DNA from: Minisyncoccia bacterium
Lineage (GTDB): Bacteria; Patescibacteriota; Minisyncoccia; Phycocordibacterales; UBA5272
Direction: 5' to 3'
NCBI GenBank assembly: GCA_038326985.1
Contig: JBBQKQ010000003.1
Coordinates: 1 to 61,016, forward strand
Length of the DNA stretch: 61,016 bases
Shown: positions 1-9,319 of the stretch, piece after piece
Numbering within the stretch: position 1 is the stretch's first letter
Layout: each line of letters starts with the position of its first letter
Translations under genes and position numbers: made by a program
The notes under the pieces: generated by a model
Seen by the model: only the letters and a program-made list of their open reading frames with translations
What the model was told of the DNA's origin: nothing
Databases searched by the model: none

Positions 1-66
1 CAGCAAACAAAATAATCTTAAAAAGTATTTTAAAAACTAAATTACTACTGTGATATAATTATAAAT

Positions 67-516
67 ATGAAAAAAAATATTTATATTTTTCTAATTATAT
101 TATGTTTTTCTATTATCGGGTTTATTTATATTGGAAATTTAAATATCGAAAAAACTAACACCAAAACTGTTAATCTTGAAAAGAAGAAGGAAGAAGTTTT
201 GTTATTTGACTCTAAAATTAGAAATTCAAAAGTACATTTGGATGAAGAATATAAAATAGAATTATCTAGTCAAAAAGATAAGTTTGCTTACATATTGTTT
301 AATTATGCTGATGGAAACATTGATGAGCCAATGAATGAACAAGTGGAAATAGTCTTCCCTGCAGAAAATAGATCATTTATTTTAAAAAAGAAAGAATACA
401 AAAACGAAAGGTCGGAATACTGGGAAGACCAAAATTACCAGCTTAGAAGTTTACAAGGTGCTTTTTCACTTTTTACTAAACAAGATATGAAGTTAATTGG
501 CCAAACTAAAAACTAA
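67..516 (+). CDS. Hypothetical protein with N-terminal membrane anchor
   Basis: 149-aa ORF, hydrophobic residues ~5-23, TGATATAAT at 51-59 upstream; no family recognised. Confidence 0.6.
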   Translation: MKKNIYIFLIILCFSIIGFIYIGNLNIEKTNTKTVNLEKKKEEVLLFDSKIRNSKVHLDEEYKIELSSQKDKFAYILFNYADGNIDEPMNEQVEIVFPAENRSFILKKKEYKNERSEYWEDQNYQLRSLQGAFSLFTKQDMKLIGQTKN

Positions 517-772
517 TAATAAAATGGAATACTTTGTTTACATTTTAGAATGCTCCGACAAAAGTTTATATTGTGGATCTACAAACAATTTAAAAAAAAG
601 AATTTTCGCACATAATAATTTAAAAAGCGGAGCTCACTACACCAAAATCCGCCGACCAGTCACTCTAAGATATTTTGAAAAATATGAAACTTACAAAGAA
701 GTAAGAAAAAGAGAAGGTGAAATTAAACGAATGACAAAATATGAAAAAGAAAAACTTTCTTGTCACAAATAA
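497..772 (+). CDS. Small GIY-YIG nuclease family protein (YazA/UPF0213-like); likely start ATG 524
   Basis: YFVYILECSDKSLYCGSTNNLKKR..HN...GAHYTK.RRPV motif pattern. Confidence 0.85.
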   Translation: MAKLKTNNKMEYFVYILECSDKSLYCGSTNNLKKRIFAHNNLKSGAHYTKIRRPVTLRYFEKYETYKEVRKREGEIKRMTKYEKEKLSCHK

Positions 773-805
773 TTAAACTTTGCGTATTAATATAATATAC
801 CTTTC

Positions 806-1744
806 ATGAAAACAATTACTTTTATAGTTCTTAGCCTTTTTTCTTTGAATTCTTTATTTGCGGAAAGTTTCACCACAACTTATCAAGCTACTAATAATTC
901 CGCAATTTTAAACCTTGGAAGTACAAGTGTTCAAGAATTATTTGTTCCAATACTTTCAGGTGTATTTTTAAAAGACATTGGTCCTAACTTTGGTGACCAA
1001 AGAGAGTCAGGTAGAACACACGAAGGTCAAGACATTATGGCTCCTAAAGGTGTAAAAATAGTCTCTCCTACTGATGCAGTTGTACTGAGTAAAGGTACCT
1101 GGCCAGGGGCCGGATATTATGTAAGTACGCAAAACCCAGGTGGAGAAAATTTTGTTTACATGCATTTGGACCAAGACTCAATTTTAAAAGAAGGAGATGT
1201 AATGAAGACGGGTGACTTGATAGGATATGTAGGAAACAGTGGAAATGCCGCTGGTGGTGCACCTCATCTACATTTTGAAATACGAAAAGATGGAATTCCG
1301 ACCGACCCTTTTCTTAGGTTAAAAAGAGATTTAACGGATACAGAAAAAACATTTTTTACAAACAAAACTGCAACCACTACTTTTGCTACCTCGTCGTCAA
1401 ATATTATTATTAGTACTACTTCAGCTATATCCACGACAAGCACTTTGTTAGCAACTTCTACCGCAAATATTACACCTTTAATAAAGACACAAAAAAATCT
1501 AAAAGTTCCTAGACAGACTTTGACTTTAAATGATAAAAATAATGAAGTAAAAGTTTTGCAAAACTTTTTAATAGCTAAAAACTCTGGTCCTTTTTCAAAA
1601 GAACTTTTTGATCACGGAGTCACAGACTTGTTTGGACCTCTCACAAAGAAGGCCTTAATAGAGTATCAAAAAAATAGCAACATTAGTCCTGCATCAGGAA
1701 AATTTGGTGCAACTACTCGAAAATTTATGGAGTCAAATAAATAG
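806..1744 (+). CDS. M23 family peptidase with Thr/Ser linker and C-terminal peptidoglycan-binding domain
   Basis: Signal peptide; HEGQD (HxxxD) and PHLHFE (HxH); C-terminal VKVLQNFL...FGPLTKKALIEYQ. Confidence 0.9.
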   Translation: MKTITFIVLSLFSLNSLFAESFTTTYQATNNSAILNLGSTSVQELFVPILSGVFLKDIGPNFGDQRESGRTHEGQDIMAPKGVKIVSPTDAVVLSKGTWPGAGYYVSTQNPGGENFVYMHLDQDSILKEGDVMKTGDLIGYVGNSGNAAGGAPHLHFEIRKDGIPTDPFLRLKRDLTDTEKTFFTNKTATTTFATSSSNIIISTTSAISTTSTLLATSTANITPLIKTQKNLKVPRQTLTLNDKNNEVKVLQNFLIAKNSGPFSKELFDHGVTDLFGPLTKKALIEYQKNSNISPASGKFGATTRKFMESNK

Positions 1745-1762
1745 TAATAAATCTATTTTTTA

Positions 1763-1803
1763 AAATTAAAAAAATCAAGAATCACTTCTCGATTTTTTAA
1801 TTT
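1763..1803. terminator. Probable bidirectional terminator between convergent genes
   Basis: aaattaaaaaaatc-aagaa-tcac-ttctc-gattttttaattt imperfect hairpin. Confidence 0.55.
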
Positions 1804-1812
1804 GTTTTGAAA

Positions 1813-1944
1813 CTAAACAGCTGAATCAGCTGCAACTTCTTCTGCAGGAGCTTCAACTTCCGTTGTTACTTCTTCAGTCGCTGGTGTAACCATTTCTGTT
1901 CCTTCAACCACTGAAGTTTCTACATTCATTTCTTCTTCTGCCAT
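1813..1944 (-). CDS. 43-aa very acidic small protein (absent from ORF track)
   Basis: ATG 1944 to TAG 1813: MAEEEMNVETSVVEGTEMVTPATEEVTTEVEAPAEEVAADSAV; TGATATAAT ~50 nt upstream. Confidence 0.75.
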   Translation of the reverse strand: MAEEEMNVETSVVEGTEMVTPATEEVTTEVEAPAEEVAADSAV

Positions 1945-2008
1945 ATATTTATATTTTAATTAAATTATTAATTTTTCGTACCTATTTGGCTATTATATCA
2001 TCAAACCT

Positions 2009-3382
2009 CTATTCTGCATAATTTTTGAGCTGATTGATTTTTGGATGATTACGAATCTTTTCGTGAACTTTGCTTTCAATTTGTCGGATTCGCTCGCGTG
2101 TAACTTGAAAGTGTTGCCCCACTTCTTCTAACGTGTGAGGTGTTCCACCATCAAGACCGTTTCTCATGATAATTATTTGTCTTTCTTTTTCTGACAAATC
2201 AGAGAGAATTTCTCGAATTTGGTCTTGAAGAATTCGCAAACTTGCCTCCTGCTGTGGACTTCGTATTTTATCATCAGCTATAAAGTCCCCTAAAGTCGAT
2301 CGGTCACTTTCGTCACTGTCTCCAACTGGCTTCTCAAGAGAGACAGTATCCTGGTTGATACTTTCCACCATTCTCACCTTTTCAACTTCTACTCCCATTT
2401 CAGTTGCAATTTCATCTGCAGAAGGCTCACGTCCTAAGTCTTGGGCAAGTCGCCTATAAACTTGTTTATATTTTGCAATAGTTTCTACCATGTGTACTGG
2501 AATACGTATTGTTCGAGACTGGTCGGCAAGTGCACGAGTGATAGCTTGACGAATCCACCAAGTTGCGTAAGTTGAAAACTTAAAACCTTTCGTCCAATCA
2601 AATTTTTCTACGGCTTTATAAAGCCCAACATTGCCCTCTTGTATAAGGTCTAAAAGTGTCAGGTCTTGCGATCTTAGTGCATATTTTTTAGCAGTGGAAA
2701 CAACCAAACGGAGGTTTGCTTTCATCAAAATTTCTTTTGCTTCGATGTCACCTTTTTCAATTCTTTTTGCTAACCTTACTTCTTCTTCACTTGTAATAAG
2801 TGGGTACTGACCAATTTCTTTTAAGTATACTTGTATAGAATCATTGTTGGCATACTCATTTTTTAAATTTGAAATCTCGTTGTCCATATTCAAAAGGTTC
2901 CCACTTTCAAGTACATTTACATTTATTGCTTCTATTTTTTTATAAAGAGCGTCAATTTTTTTAATGTTATCCTCAGGGCTTGGATAGATTTTTAAAATTT
3001 CATCATGGGTAATAAACCCACGTTGTTTTCCTTTTGTAAGTAATTCCAAAACTTTTTCGTCTCTGTCATCGCTCATTTTTGCATTCCTGTCTATGCGAGG
3101 TTTATGAGAAATTGTTAAGGCCTTTGGTTTTTTCTTTTTATCATCTTCCAAACCTTCAAATTGTTCACTCCCCCACTTTTGTTTAGAACTAACTTTTTCT
3201 AGTTTTTTATTTACAACTTTAATTGTAACTTTTTTAAATGTTTTCTTAACATTTTTTAACGCTTTTTTTGGCACAGAAACTTTTTTTAGTGAAGTTTTCA
3301 CAACATTTTTTGTAGTAGCTTTTTTAAGACTTTTAACTATTACTTTTTTCTTTGAAACTAATTTTTTTAATTTTTTTGCCAT
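2009..3382 (-). CDS. rpoD: Primary sigma-70 factor with Lys-rich N-terminal extension
   Basis: [35 protein letters not shown]...TRERIRQIE. Confidence 0.97.
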   Translation of the reverse strand: MAKKLKKLVSKKKVIVKSLKKATTKNVVKTSLKKVSVPKKALKNVKKTFKKVTIKVVNKKLEKVSSKQKWGSEQFEGLEDDKKKKPKALTISHKPRIDRNAKMSDDRDEKVLELLTKGKQRGFITHDEILKIYPSPEDNIKKIDALYKKIEAINVNVLESGNLLNMDNEISNLKNEYANNDSIQVYLKEIGQYPLITSEEEVRLAKRIEKGDIEAKEILMKANLRLVVSTAKKYALRSQDLTLLDLIQEGNVGLYKAVEKFDWTKGFKFSTYATWWIRQAITRALADQSRTIRIPVHMVETIAKYKQVYRRLAQDLGREPSADEIATEMGVEVEKVRMVESINQDTVSLEKPVGDSDESDRSTLGDFIADDKIRSPQQEASLRILQDQIREILSDLSEKERQIIIMRNGLDGGTPHTLEEVGQHFQVTRERIRQIESKVHEKIRNHPKINQLKNYAE

Positions 3383-3408
3383 ATTTAAATATATGTGGGA
3401 TTATAGCA

Positions 3409-3440
3409 CAAAAAAAACTCTTTTAAAAGAGTTTTTTTTG
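3409..3440. terminator. Perfect 32-bp palindrome, probable terminator after pilin genes
   Basis: caaaaaaaactctttt|aaaagagttttttttg. Confidence 0.6.
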
Positions 3441-3459
3441 TTAGATAAATATTCTTAAC

Positions 3460-3975
3460 TTAAGGACAAAGAACTGCTGCTATACCTGATCCAGAATTAA
3501 TTATGTTTGAGGAGGACGCTACTCTACTATCTCTACTTGAGTCAACACACCACCATGAACCAGGCTGTGAACGAAGTGGAGCAGTCATAGCCCAAGATTG
3601 TGCATTTACATTAGCTGTTCCATTAAGTCCTACAACACATTGAGATGCGGCTCCAGCGGAAACATTCACACCTGCAATCGCTCTTGCAATTGAAGGGTCA
3701 CCAAAAACATATCCTGTCGTTAGAGATGTACAAGCTACAGCAGTCGGATTTGTACCGTAGGTAGTGGTACTAGTAAAGCCATTATTGGTATCTTGGTAAA
3801 GCACCCCTCCACTACGAATTTGTTGCATTTGACTTTTAATAGCTGCATCTTGTCCTTTTCCACGTGCAGTATTTAAGTTTACTATTACAACCGCAGAGAG
3901 AATACCGACAATTGCAATTACCACTAGCAGCTCTATTAAAGTAAAACCTTTGATTTTTTTATTTTTTAATTTCAT
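3460..3975 (-). CDS. Type IV pilin (copy 1)
   Basis: Class III signal peptide KKIKG|[12 protein letters not shown] with E5; Cys-containing C-terminal domain. Confidence 0.93.
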   Translation of the reverse strand: MKLKNKKIKGFTLIELLVVIAIVGILSAVVIVNLNTARGKGQDAAIKSQMQQIRSGGVLYQDTNNGFTSTTTYGTNPTAVACTSLTTGYVFGDPSIARAIAGVNVSAGAASQCVVGLNGTANVNAQSWAMTAPLRSQPGSWWCVDSSRDSRVASSSNIINSGSGIAAVLCP

Positions 3976-4018
3976 ATCACCAGATGGATATTACCAAATT
4001 GGTAATAATCGAAACGAT

Positions 4019-4534
4019 TTATGGACAAACTACAGCTAGTACAGAAGCTGTTGAACCATTTGTAATTGCAGCCGATGGCTCTACTTTACTATTTCCGCTT
4101 GAGTCAACACACCAATATGAACCTGCTTGAGATCTTAATGGTGTCGTCATTGCCCATGATTGAGCTTTTACTCCAGTTGTTCCATCAAGACCTAATACAC
4201 AAGTTGATGCAGCTCCAGCCGAGACATCTACACCTAGAATAGCTCTATTAATTGAAGTGTCTCCGAAAACTGTAGTTGCCGCAAATGACGAACAAACAGC
4301 AGGAGCTTGATTTGCTGCAAGAGTTGTAGTAGTAAATCCATTATTTGAATCTTGGAAGAGTACCGCTCCACTACGAATTTGTTGCATTTGACTTTTAATA
4401 GCTGCATCTTGACCTTTTCCACGAGCAGTATTTAAGTTTACAATTACTACAGCTGAAAGTATTCCGATAATAGCAATTACTACTAGAAGCTCGATGAGGG
4501 TGAAACCTTTAATTTTTTTATTTTGTAATTTCAT
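4019..4534 (-). CDS. Type IV pilin (copy 2)
   Basis: KKIKG|FTLIELL motif; same-length paralog of 3460..3975. Confidence 0.93.
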   Translation of the reverse strand: MKLQNKKIKGFTLIELLVVIAIIGILSAVVIVNLNTARGKGQDAAIKSQMQQIRSGAVLFQDSNNGFTTTTLAANQAPAVCSSFAATTVFGDTSINRAILGVDVSAGAASTCVLGLDGTTGVKAQSWAMTTPLRSQAGSYWCVDSSGNSKVEPSAAITNGSTASVLAVVCP

Positions 4535-4641
4535 GATTATCTTTTTTATTAATATTTTTTTTATTTATTAATATTTTTAATACTAATATGTAATTTAGTA
4601 TATACACTTTGTTAAAACATGCAAAGATTATTGTGTATAAC

Positions 4642-5076
4642 TTACTTACAGGAAGATACTGTAACCGGATTTGCAGTTTCTGTTCTGTTTCCAGATTCGT
4701 CAACGCACCAATAAACCCCATCTGAGATTTTAGCAGAAATTGCCCAAGACTTTATTTGACCCTGGTTGCCATCACTTACACAATTTACACTTTCAAGTCG
4801 AGATAATATTTTCTTTACCTCATCATTATCAAGAAATGAATTGGCAATGCTGCAGCCTGTAAAAGGCAAAACTTCTGTAACTATTCCATAATTGCCTGTG
4901 TCGTTTTGACTGATGGCAATTGATTTTGTCATTAAAGCTAAGTCCTGCATTACCACAGATTTGTTGGCACTTTTCTGTGAACTTTTACCAAAAACAAAAT
5001 AAAACAAAAGATAAAGAAAAACTAAAGAAATCAAAATTGCTAAAATTCTATAAACATAATTTTTACTAGTTTGCAT
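4642..5076 (-). CDS. Membrane-anchored protein with pilin-like C-terminal domain
   Basis: N-terminal TM without G|F-E5 site; SWAISAKISDGVYWCVDESGN resembles pilin SWAMT...WCVDSSGN. Confidence 0.6.
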   Translation of the reverse strand: MQTSKNYVYRILAILISLVFLYLLFYFVFGKSSQKSANKSVVMQDLALMTKSIAISQNDTGNYGIVTEVLPFTGCSIANSFLDNDEVKKILSRLESVNCVSDGNQGQIKSWAISAKISDGVYWCVDESGNRTETANPVTVSSCK

Positions 5077-5133
5077 AATTTTAGTATAAATGGTATTTTA
5101 TAAAAAAGCAAAATTTTAAAAACAAAAAATTTT

Positions 5134-7320
5134 ATGAAACTATTTATTGTAGAGTCTCCTGCAAAAGCAAAAACAATTTCTAAATATTTAGGGGAAGATT
5201 TTATCGTAAAGTCTTCTGTGGGTCACATTCGAGATTTACCAAAGTCCAATAAAAAAGCAATCGACATCGAAGCGGGTTTTGTACCTCACTATGAAGTGGA
5301 CCCTAAAAAAGCAAATGTTATTTCCGAGCTAAAACAATATGCTAAAAAAGCAACAGAGATAATAGTAGCAACGGACCCCGACCGAGAAGGTGAAGCGATA
5401 GCTTGGCACCTCATAGACGAGCTTGGGATTGAAAAAAAGTACGAGCGAGTAACTTATCATGAAATAACAAAGGCTGCTATTTTAGAAGCGCTCAAAAGCC
5501 CGAGAAAATTGGACTATCATTTAAAAGAAGCTCAAGAAGCAAGACGTGTTTTAGATAGACTTGTTGGCTACGACCTTTCGGGAGTGATTTGGAAAAAAGT
5601 ACGCTACGGACTTTCAGCGGGGCGAGTACAGTCACCAGCGCTTAGAATACTAGTTGAACGTGAACGAGAAATTATGAACTTCATCCCTGTTCCCTATTTT
5701 GTTTTAGAAGGCAATTTTTTACATGACAAAAAAAATAAACTTTTTGCAGTGTCTAAAGATATATTTGATGTAGAAAAAAATATTATTGAAAAAGAAGTTC
5801 GAGAAAGTTTGGACTCTGACTTTTTAATTCGTGATAAAAAAGTGAGTGTAGTTAACAGATCGCCTCGTGCACCTTTTACAACTTCTACACTTCAACAAAC
5901 TGCTAGTAGTAGACTAGGTATGGCACCCCAGCGTACTATGCGTGCAGCTCAAAAACTTTATGAAGCAGGGCTGATTACTTACATGCGAACCGACTCAACA
6001 AGTATTTCCGTGGGATCACAAAAAAGTATTTTAGAATATGTGGAAAAGAAATTTGGTAAAAATTATACAGAGAAACGTGAGTACAAAACAAAAAACAAAA
6101 ATGCACAAGAAGCTCACGAAGCAGTCAGACCAACTGAGATATCGACAACAGACGTGAAAATCGGAAGTGACGAAAGCCGTCTGTACCAACTTATTTGGGC
6201 CAGAACAATTGCATCGCAAATGACCGATGCAAAAGTAGAACGAACTCATATTGAAATTGGAAATGACAAACTTTCCTATAGACTGAGTTTGGATGGGCAA
6301 AGAATTGTTTTCGACGGTTGGCTAAAAGCTGACCCTGATGGAAGTGGTGAAGATGTTATACTTCCAAATTTAAATTTGGGTGATAGGTGTGAACTTGAAA
6401 AGTTAGAAATAATTGATAAAGAAACTCAACCTCCAAACAGATTTTCCGAAGCGGGTCTAATTAAAGAGTTAGAAAAAAGAGGAATTGGAAGACCTTCTAC
6501 TTACGCTTCAATTATTTCTACAATTCAAACTCGCGAGTATGTAACTCTGGAAAATAAAGCTTTAAAACCAACAGACACCGGGATTGTAGTTTCAGAATTT
6601 TTAGAAAACAACTTTGCCAACTATATTTCTGATACTTTTACTGCAGAAATGGAAGACAATTTAGACGGAATTGCAGATGGTACAAAAACCTATTTAAAAA
6701 CTTTGAAAGATTTTTATGGACCATTTTTAGAACTAGTGAAAGAGAAAACTAAAGGAGAAAAAGCAACCAACTTGGGAGATGCACCAGCAGACTTAGTTTG
6801 TCCAAAATGTGGAAAGTCAATGGTAATTAAGCTTGCCCGCAACGGGAAATTTTACTCGTGTTCTGACTTTCCAGAATGCTTAGGAGCTCTCACTTTGGAA
6901 GGAAAAGAAATGGAAGGCCCGAAAGATTTAGGGAAAGTTTGTCCTAGTTGTGGGAAAAATAATCTTATAGAGCGTGAAGGAAAAAATGGAAAATTTGTCG
7001 CATGTAGCGGATACCCAAAATGTAAATACATTGAAAAACCTGATGTTGAGACTTTAAGAAAACCCGACTCAGTAGATTGCCCAACATGTAACAATGGTTT
7101 TATGATTGAGCGCAGAGGTCGGTTTGGAATATTTTACTCTTGCTCAAATTACCCAGATTGTAAAAACGCAATTAAAACAAAACCTACTGGAAAAATTTGT
7201 AAATTTAAAAACGAAGACGGAAAAGATTGTGGACATTTGATGATGGAAGGTACAAAAACTATTCCAGAGCGTTGTAGTGACAAAACTTGCCCAAACCATA
7301 GACCAGATAAATTGAAATAG
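5134..7320 (+). CDS. topA: DNA topoisomerase I with C-terminal zinc ribbons
   Basis: LFIVESPAKAKTI, ATDPDREGEAI, SAGRVQSPAL, ITYMRTDS, C4 repeats. Confidence 0.97.
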   Translation: MKLFIVESPAKAKTISKYLGEDFIVKSSVGHIRDLPKSNKKAIDIEAGFVPHYEVDPKKANVISELKQYAKKATEIIVATDPDREGEAIAWHLIDELGIEKKYERVTYHEITKAAILEALKSPRKLDYHLKEAQEARRVLDRLVGYDLSGVIWKKVRYGLSAGRVQSPALRILVEREREIMNFIPVPYFVLEGNFLHDKKNKLFAVSKDIFDVEKNIIEKEVRESLDSDFLIRDKKVSVVNRSPRAPFTTSTLQQTASSRLGMAPQRTMRAAQKLYEAGLITYMRTDSTSISVGSQKSILEYVEKKFGKNYTEKREYKTKNKNAQEAHEAVRPTEISTTDVKIGSDESRLYQLIWARTIASQMTDAKVERTHIEIGNDKLSYRLSLDGQRIVFDGWLKADPDGSGEDVILPNLNLGDRCELEKLEIIDKETQPPNRFSEAGLIKELEKRGIGRPSTYASIISTIQTREYVTLENKALKPTDTGIVVSEFLENNFANYISDTFTAEMEDNLDGIADGTKTYLKTLKDFYGPFLELVKEKTKGEKATNLGDAPADLVCPKCGKSMVIKLARNGKFYSCSDFPECLGALTLEGKEMEGPKDLGKVCPSCGKNNLIEREGKNGKFVACSGYPKCKYIEKPDVETLRKPDSVDCPTCNNGFMIERRGRFGIFYSCSNYPDCKNAIKTKPTGKICKFKNEDGKDCGHLMMEGTKTIPERCSDKTCPNHRPDKLK

Positions 7321-7347
7321 TTCATAAAAAAATGCTATAATTAAATT

Positions 7348-8808
7348 ATGGCTGAATACAAAATACTTTCTGCAAACTATATTTTAGATACCAGGGATGA
7401 CTGGACCGAAGAGGATAAAATTCTTATCGGAAAAGCGGTTATTTTTGCTGCACAAAAACATATTTCTCAAACCAGAAACAATGGAGAACCTTATGTAAAC
7501 CACGTTATAGAAACGGGAAAAATTTTAAGTGAGTTGGGGATGGATACAGATACCGTGGTAGCTGGAATACTTCACGATACGATTGAGGACACGCAAACTT
7601 CAGAAAAAGAAGTCGAGGAAAATTTTAATAAAGATGTAGCTTTTTTAGTTATGGGAGTTTCAAAACTTGGAAAACTAAAATACACCGGTGTAGAAAGGCA
7701 CGTTGAAAGTTTGAGAAAATTTTTCGTGGCAATGGCAGAAGATATACGAGTGGTAATTATAAAACTTGCAGACAGACTACACAATCTTGAAACATTAGAA
7801 TTTGTTCGCGCCGATAAACAAAAAAGAATTGCACTAGAAAGCCTAGAAATTCATGCTCGCCTTGCAGACAGACTCGGAATGGGACAACTCAAAGCCGAAA
7901 TAGAAGACAAAGCTTTTCCCCATGCCTACCCAGAAGAATTTTTACAAATTAAAAAAATCTTAGAAGACCAAGCTAAAGATACTGAGAGAATAATTCAGGA
8001 TGTTGAAAGTTGCATAAAAGAATCTTTAGAAATGGAAAACATTAAAGTTGTAAGAATTGACTCACGAATAAAACATTTATACTCGACATTTTTAAAACTT
8101 AAAATTCATGAAATGGATATTTCTAAAATTCACGATATTATTGCGCTTAGAATTATAGTAAATAATATTTCTGATTGCTATAGAGTACTCGGTGTAATTC
8201 ATAGTGAGTTTAAACCAATTTCGGCTCGTTTTAAAGACTATATCGCCGTACCAAAACAAAATGGTTACCAATCTTTACACACAACAATTTTTACAAAAGA
8301 CGGAAACACTGCAGAAATTCAAATACGCACAAAAGAAATGCACGAAGAAGCAGAATTTGGAATAGCATCGCACCTTCACTATAAAGAAATAGGTAAAAAT
8401 ATTTCCAAAGAAAAAATCCTTAAAAAAACTTCTTGGACAAAAGACTTGTTAGAGCTGCAAAAAAATATTGTTGGAAGTGATGAATTTTTACACACTCTAA
8501 AAACGGATTTCTTTTCTAAAAGAGTTTTCGTGTTTACTCCAAATGGCGATGTAGTAGATTTGCCAGATGGCTCTACTCCGATAGATTTTGCATTTACTAT
8601 ACACTCAGAAATTGGCGAGAAAATGTCTCACGCAAAGATAAATGGAAAAATGGAAAGTATTGATACAATCTTAAAACGTGGGGATACCGTAGAAATTGTC
8701 ACTGGTAAAAATGCCAAACCTACAAGTAAGTGGTTGGACTATGTAAAAACAAATATTGCTAAAAGAAATATTTTAAAATATTTGGAAGAAAATAAAATTT
8801 CACACTAA
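7348..8808 (+). CDS. RelA/SpoT family protein (HD + synthetase + TGS; no ZFD/ACT)
   Basis: ILHDTIED, IKLADRLHN, NGYQSLHT, EIQIRT, VFVFTPNG, TPIDFAF. Confidence 0.93.
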   Translation: MAEYKILSANYILDTRDDWTEEDKILIGKAVIFAAQKHISQTRNNGEPYVNHVIETGKILSELGMDTDTVVAGILHDTIEDTQTSEKEVEENFNKDVAFLVMGVSKLGKLKYTGVERHVESLRKFFVAMAEDIRVVIIKLADRLHNLETLEFVRADKQKRIALESLEIHARLADRLGMGQLKAEIEDKAFPHAYPEEFLQIKKILEDQAKDTERIIQDVESCIKESLEMENIKVVRIDSRIKHLYSTFLKLKIHEMDISKIHDIIALRIIVNNISDCYRVLGVIHSEFKPISARFKDYIAVPKQNGYQSLHTTIFTKDGNTAEIQIRTKEMHEEAEFGIASHLHYKEIGKNISKEKILKKTSWTKDLLELQKNIVGSDEFLHTLKTDFFSKRVFVFTPNGDVVDLPDGSTPIDFAFTIHSEIGEKMSHAKINGKMESIDTILKRGDTVEIVTGKNAKPTSKWLDYVKTNIAKRNILKYLEENKISH

Positions 8809-8824
8809 AAATTTATTAAAAGCT

Positions 8825-9295
8825 TTAAGAAATAGAAACGATTTTGTAAATTATTTCTCCTTTTGGTGTAATGACACATACATTTTCCCCTTCTTTTTCC
8901 CCAACTAAAATTGAACCAAGTGGCGATTTATAGGAAACTTTTCCAGCCATCATATCACTTTCTTCCCCTCCTACTATTTCTATTTTCTTAGAAATCTTTT
9001 CCCCTTTCTTTTTAATTTCCACAATCGAACCCATCTGGATAACGCCTGTGGTTTTAGTCCCTGTAACAATTTTTGCGTTTTTTAAAACATGCTCAATTTG
9101 TCGAACTCTGTCTTCTGCAAAACCTTGTTCTTCTCTTGCGGAATGGTATTCTGCATTTTCAGACAAATCACCTAAACCCCTTGCACGAGCAAGGTTTTCT
9201 GCCAATTCTTTTCTTCGATCTGTTTTAAGATAAACTAATTCTTTTTCAAGAGCTAACTTTTTTTCATTACTTATAAATTCCATATTTTTTTGCAT
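8825..9295 (-). CDS. greA: Transcription elongation factor GreA (likely start ATG 9283)
   Basis: GDLSENAEYHSAREEQ, SYKSPLG. Confidence 0.95.
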   Translation of the reverse strand: MQKNMEFISNEKKLALEKELVYLKTDRRKELAENLARARGLGDLSENAEYHSAREEQGFAEDRVRQIEHVLKNAKIVTGTKTTGVIQMGSIVEIKKKGEKISKKIEIVGGEESDMMAGKVSYKSPLGSILVGEKEGENVCVITPKGEIIYKIVSIS

Positions 9296-9319
9296 TATAA
9301 CACATATTACACAAAAAAT

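Noticed and set aside
497-772. GIY-YIG nuclease as mobiliser of the dispersed repeat
   Set aside because: No repeat copy flanks it; it looks like a common stand-alone YazA-type gene, so there is no evidence of linkage.
3460-4534. Diversity-generating retroelement acting on pilins
   Set aside because: No reverse transcriptase in the window, and differences between copies are not adenine-specific.
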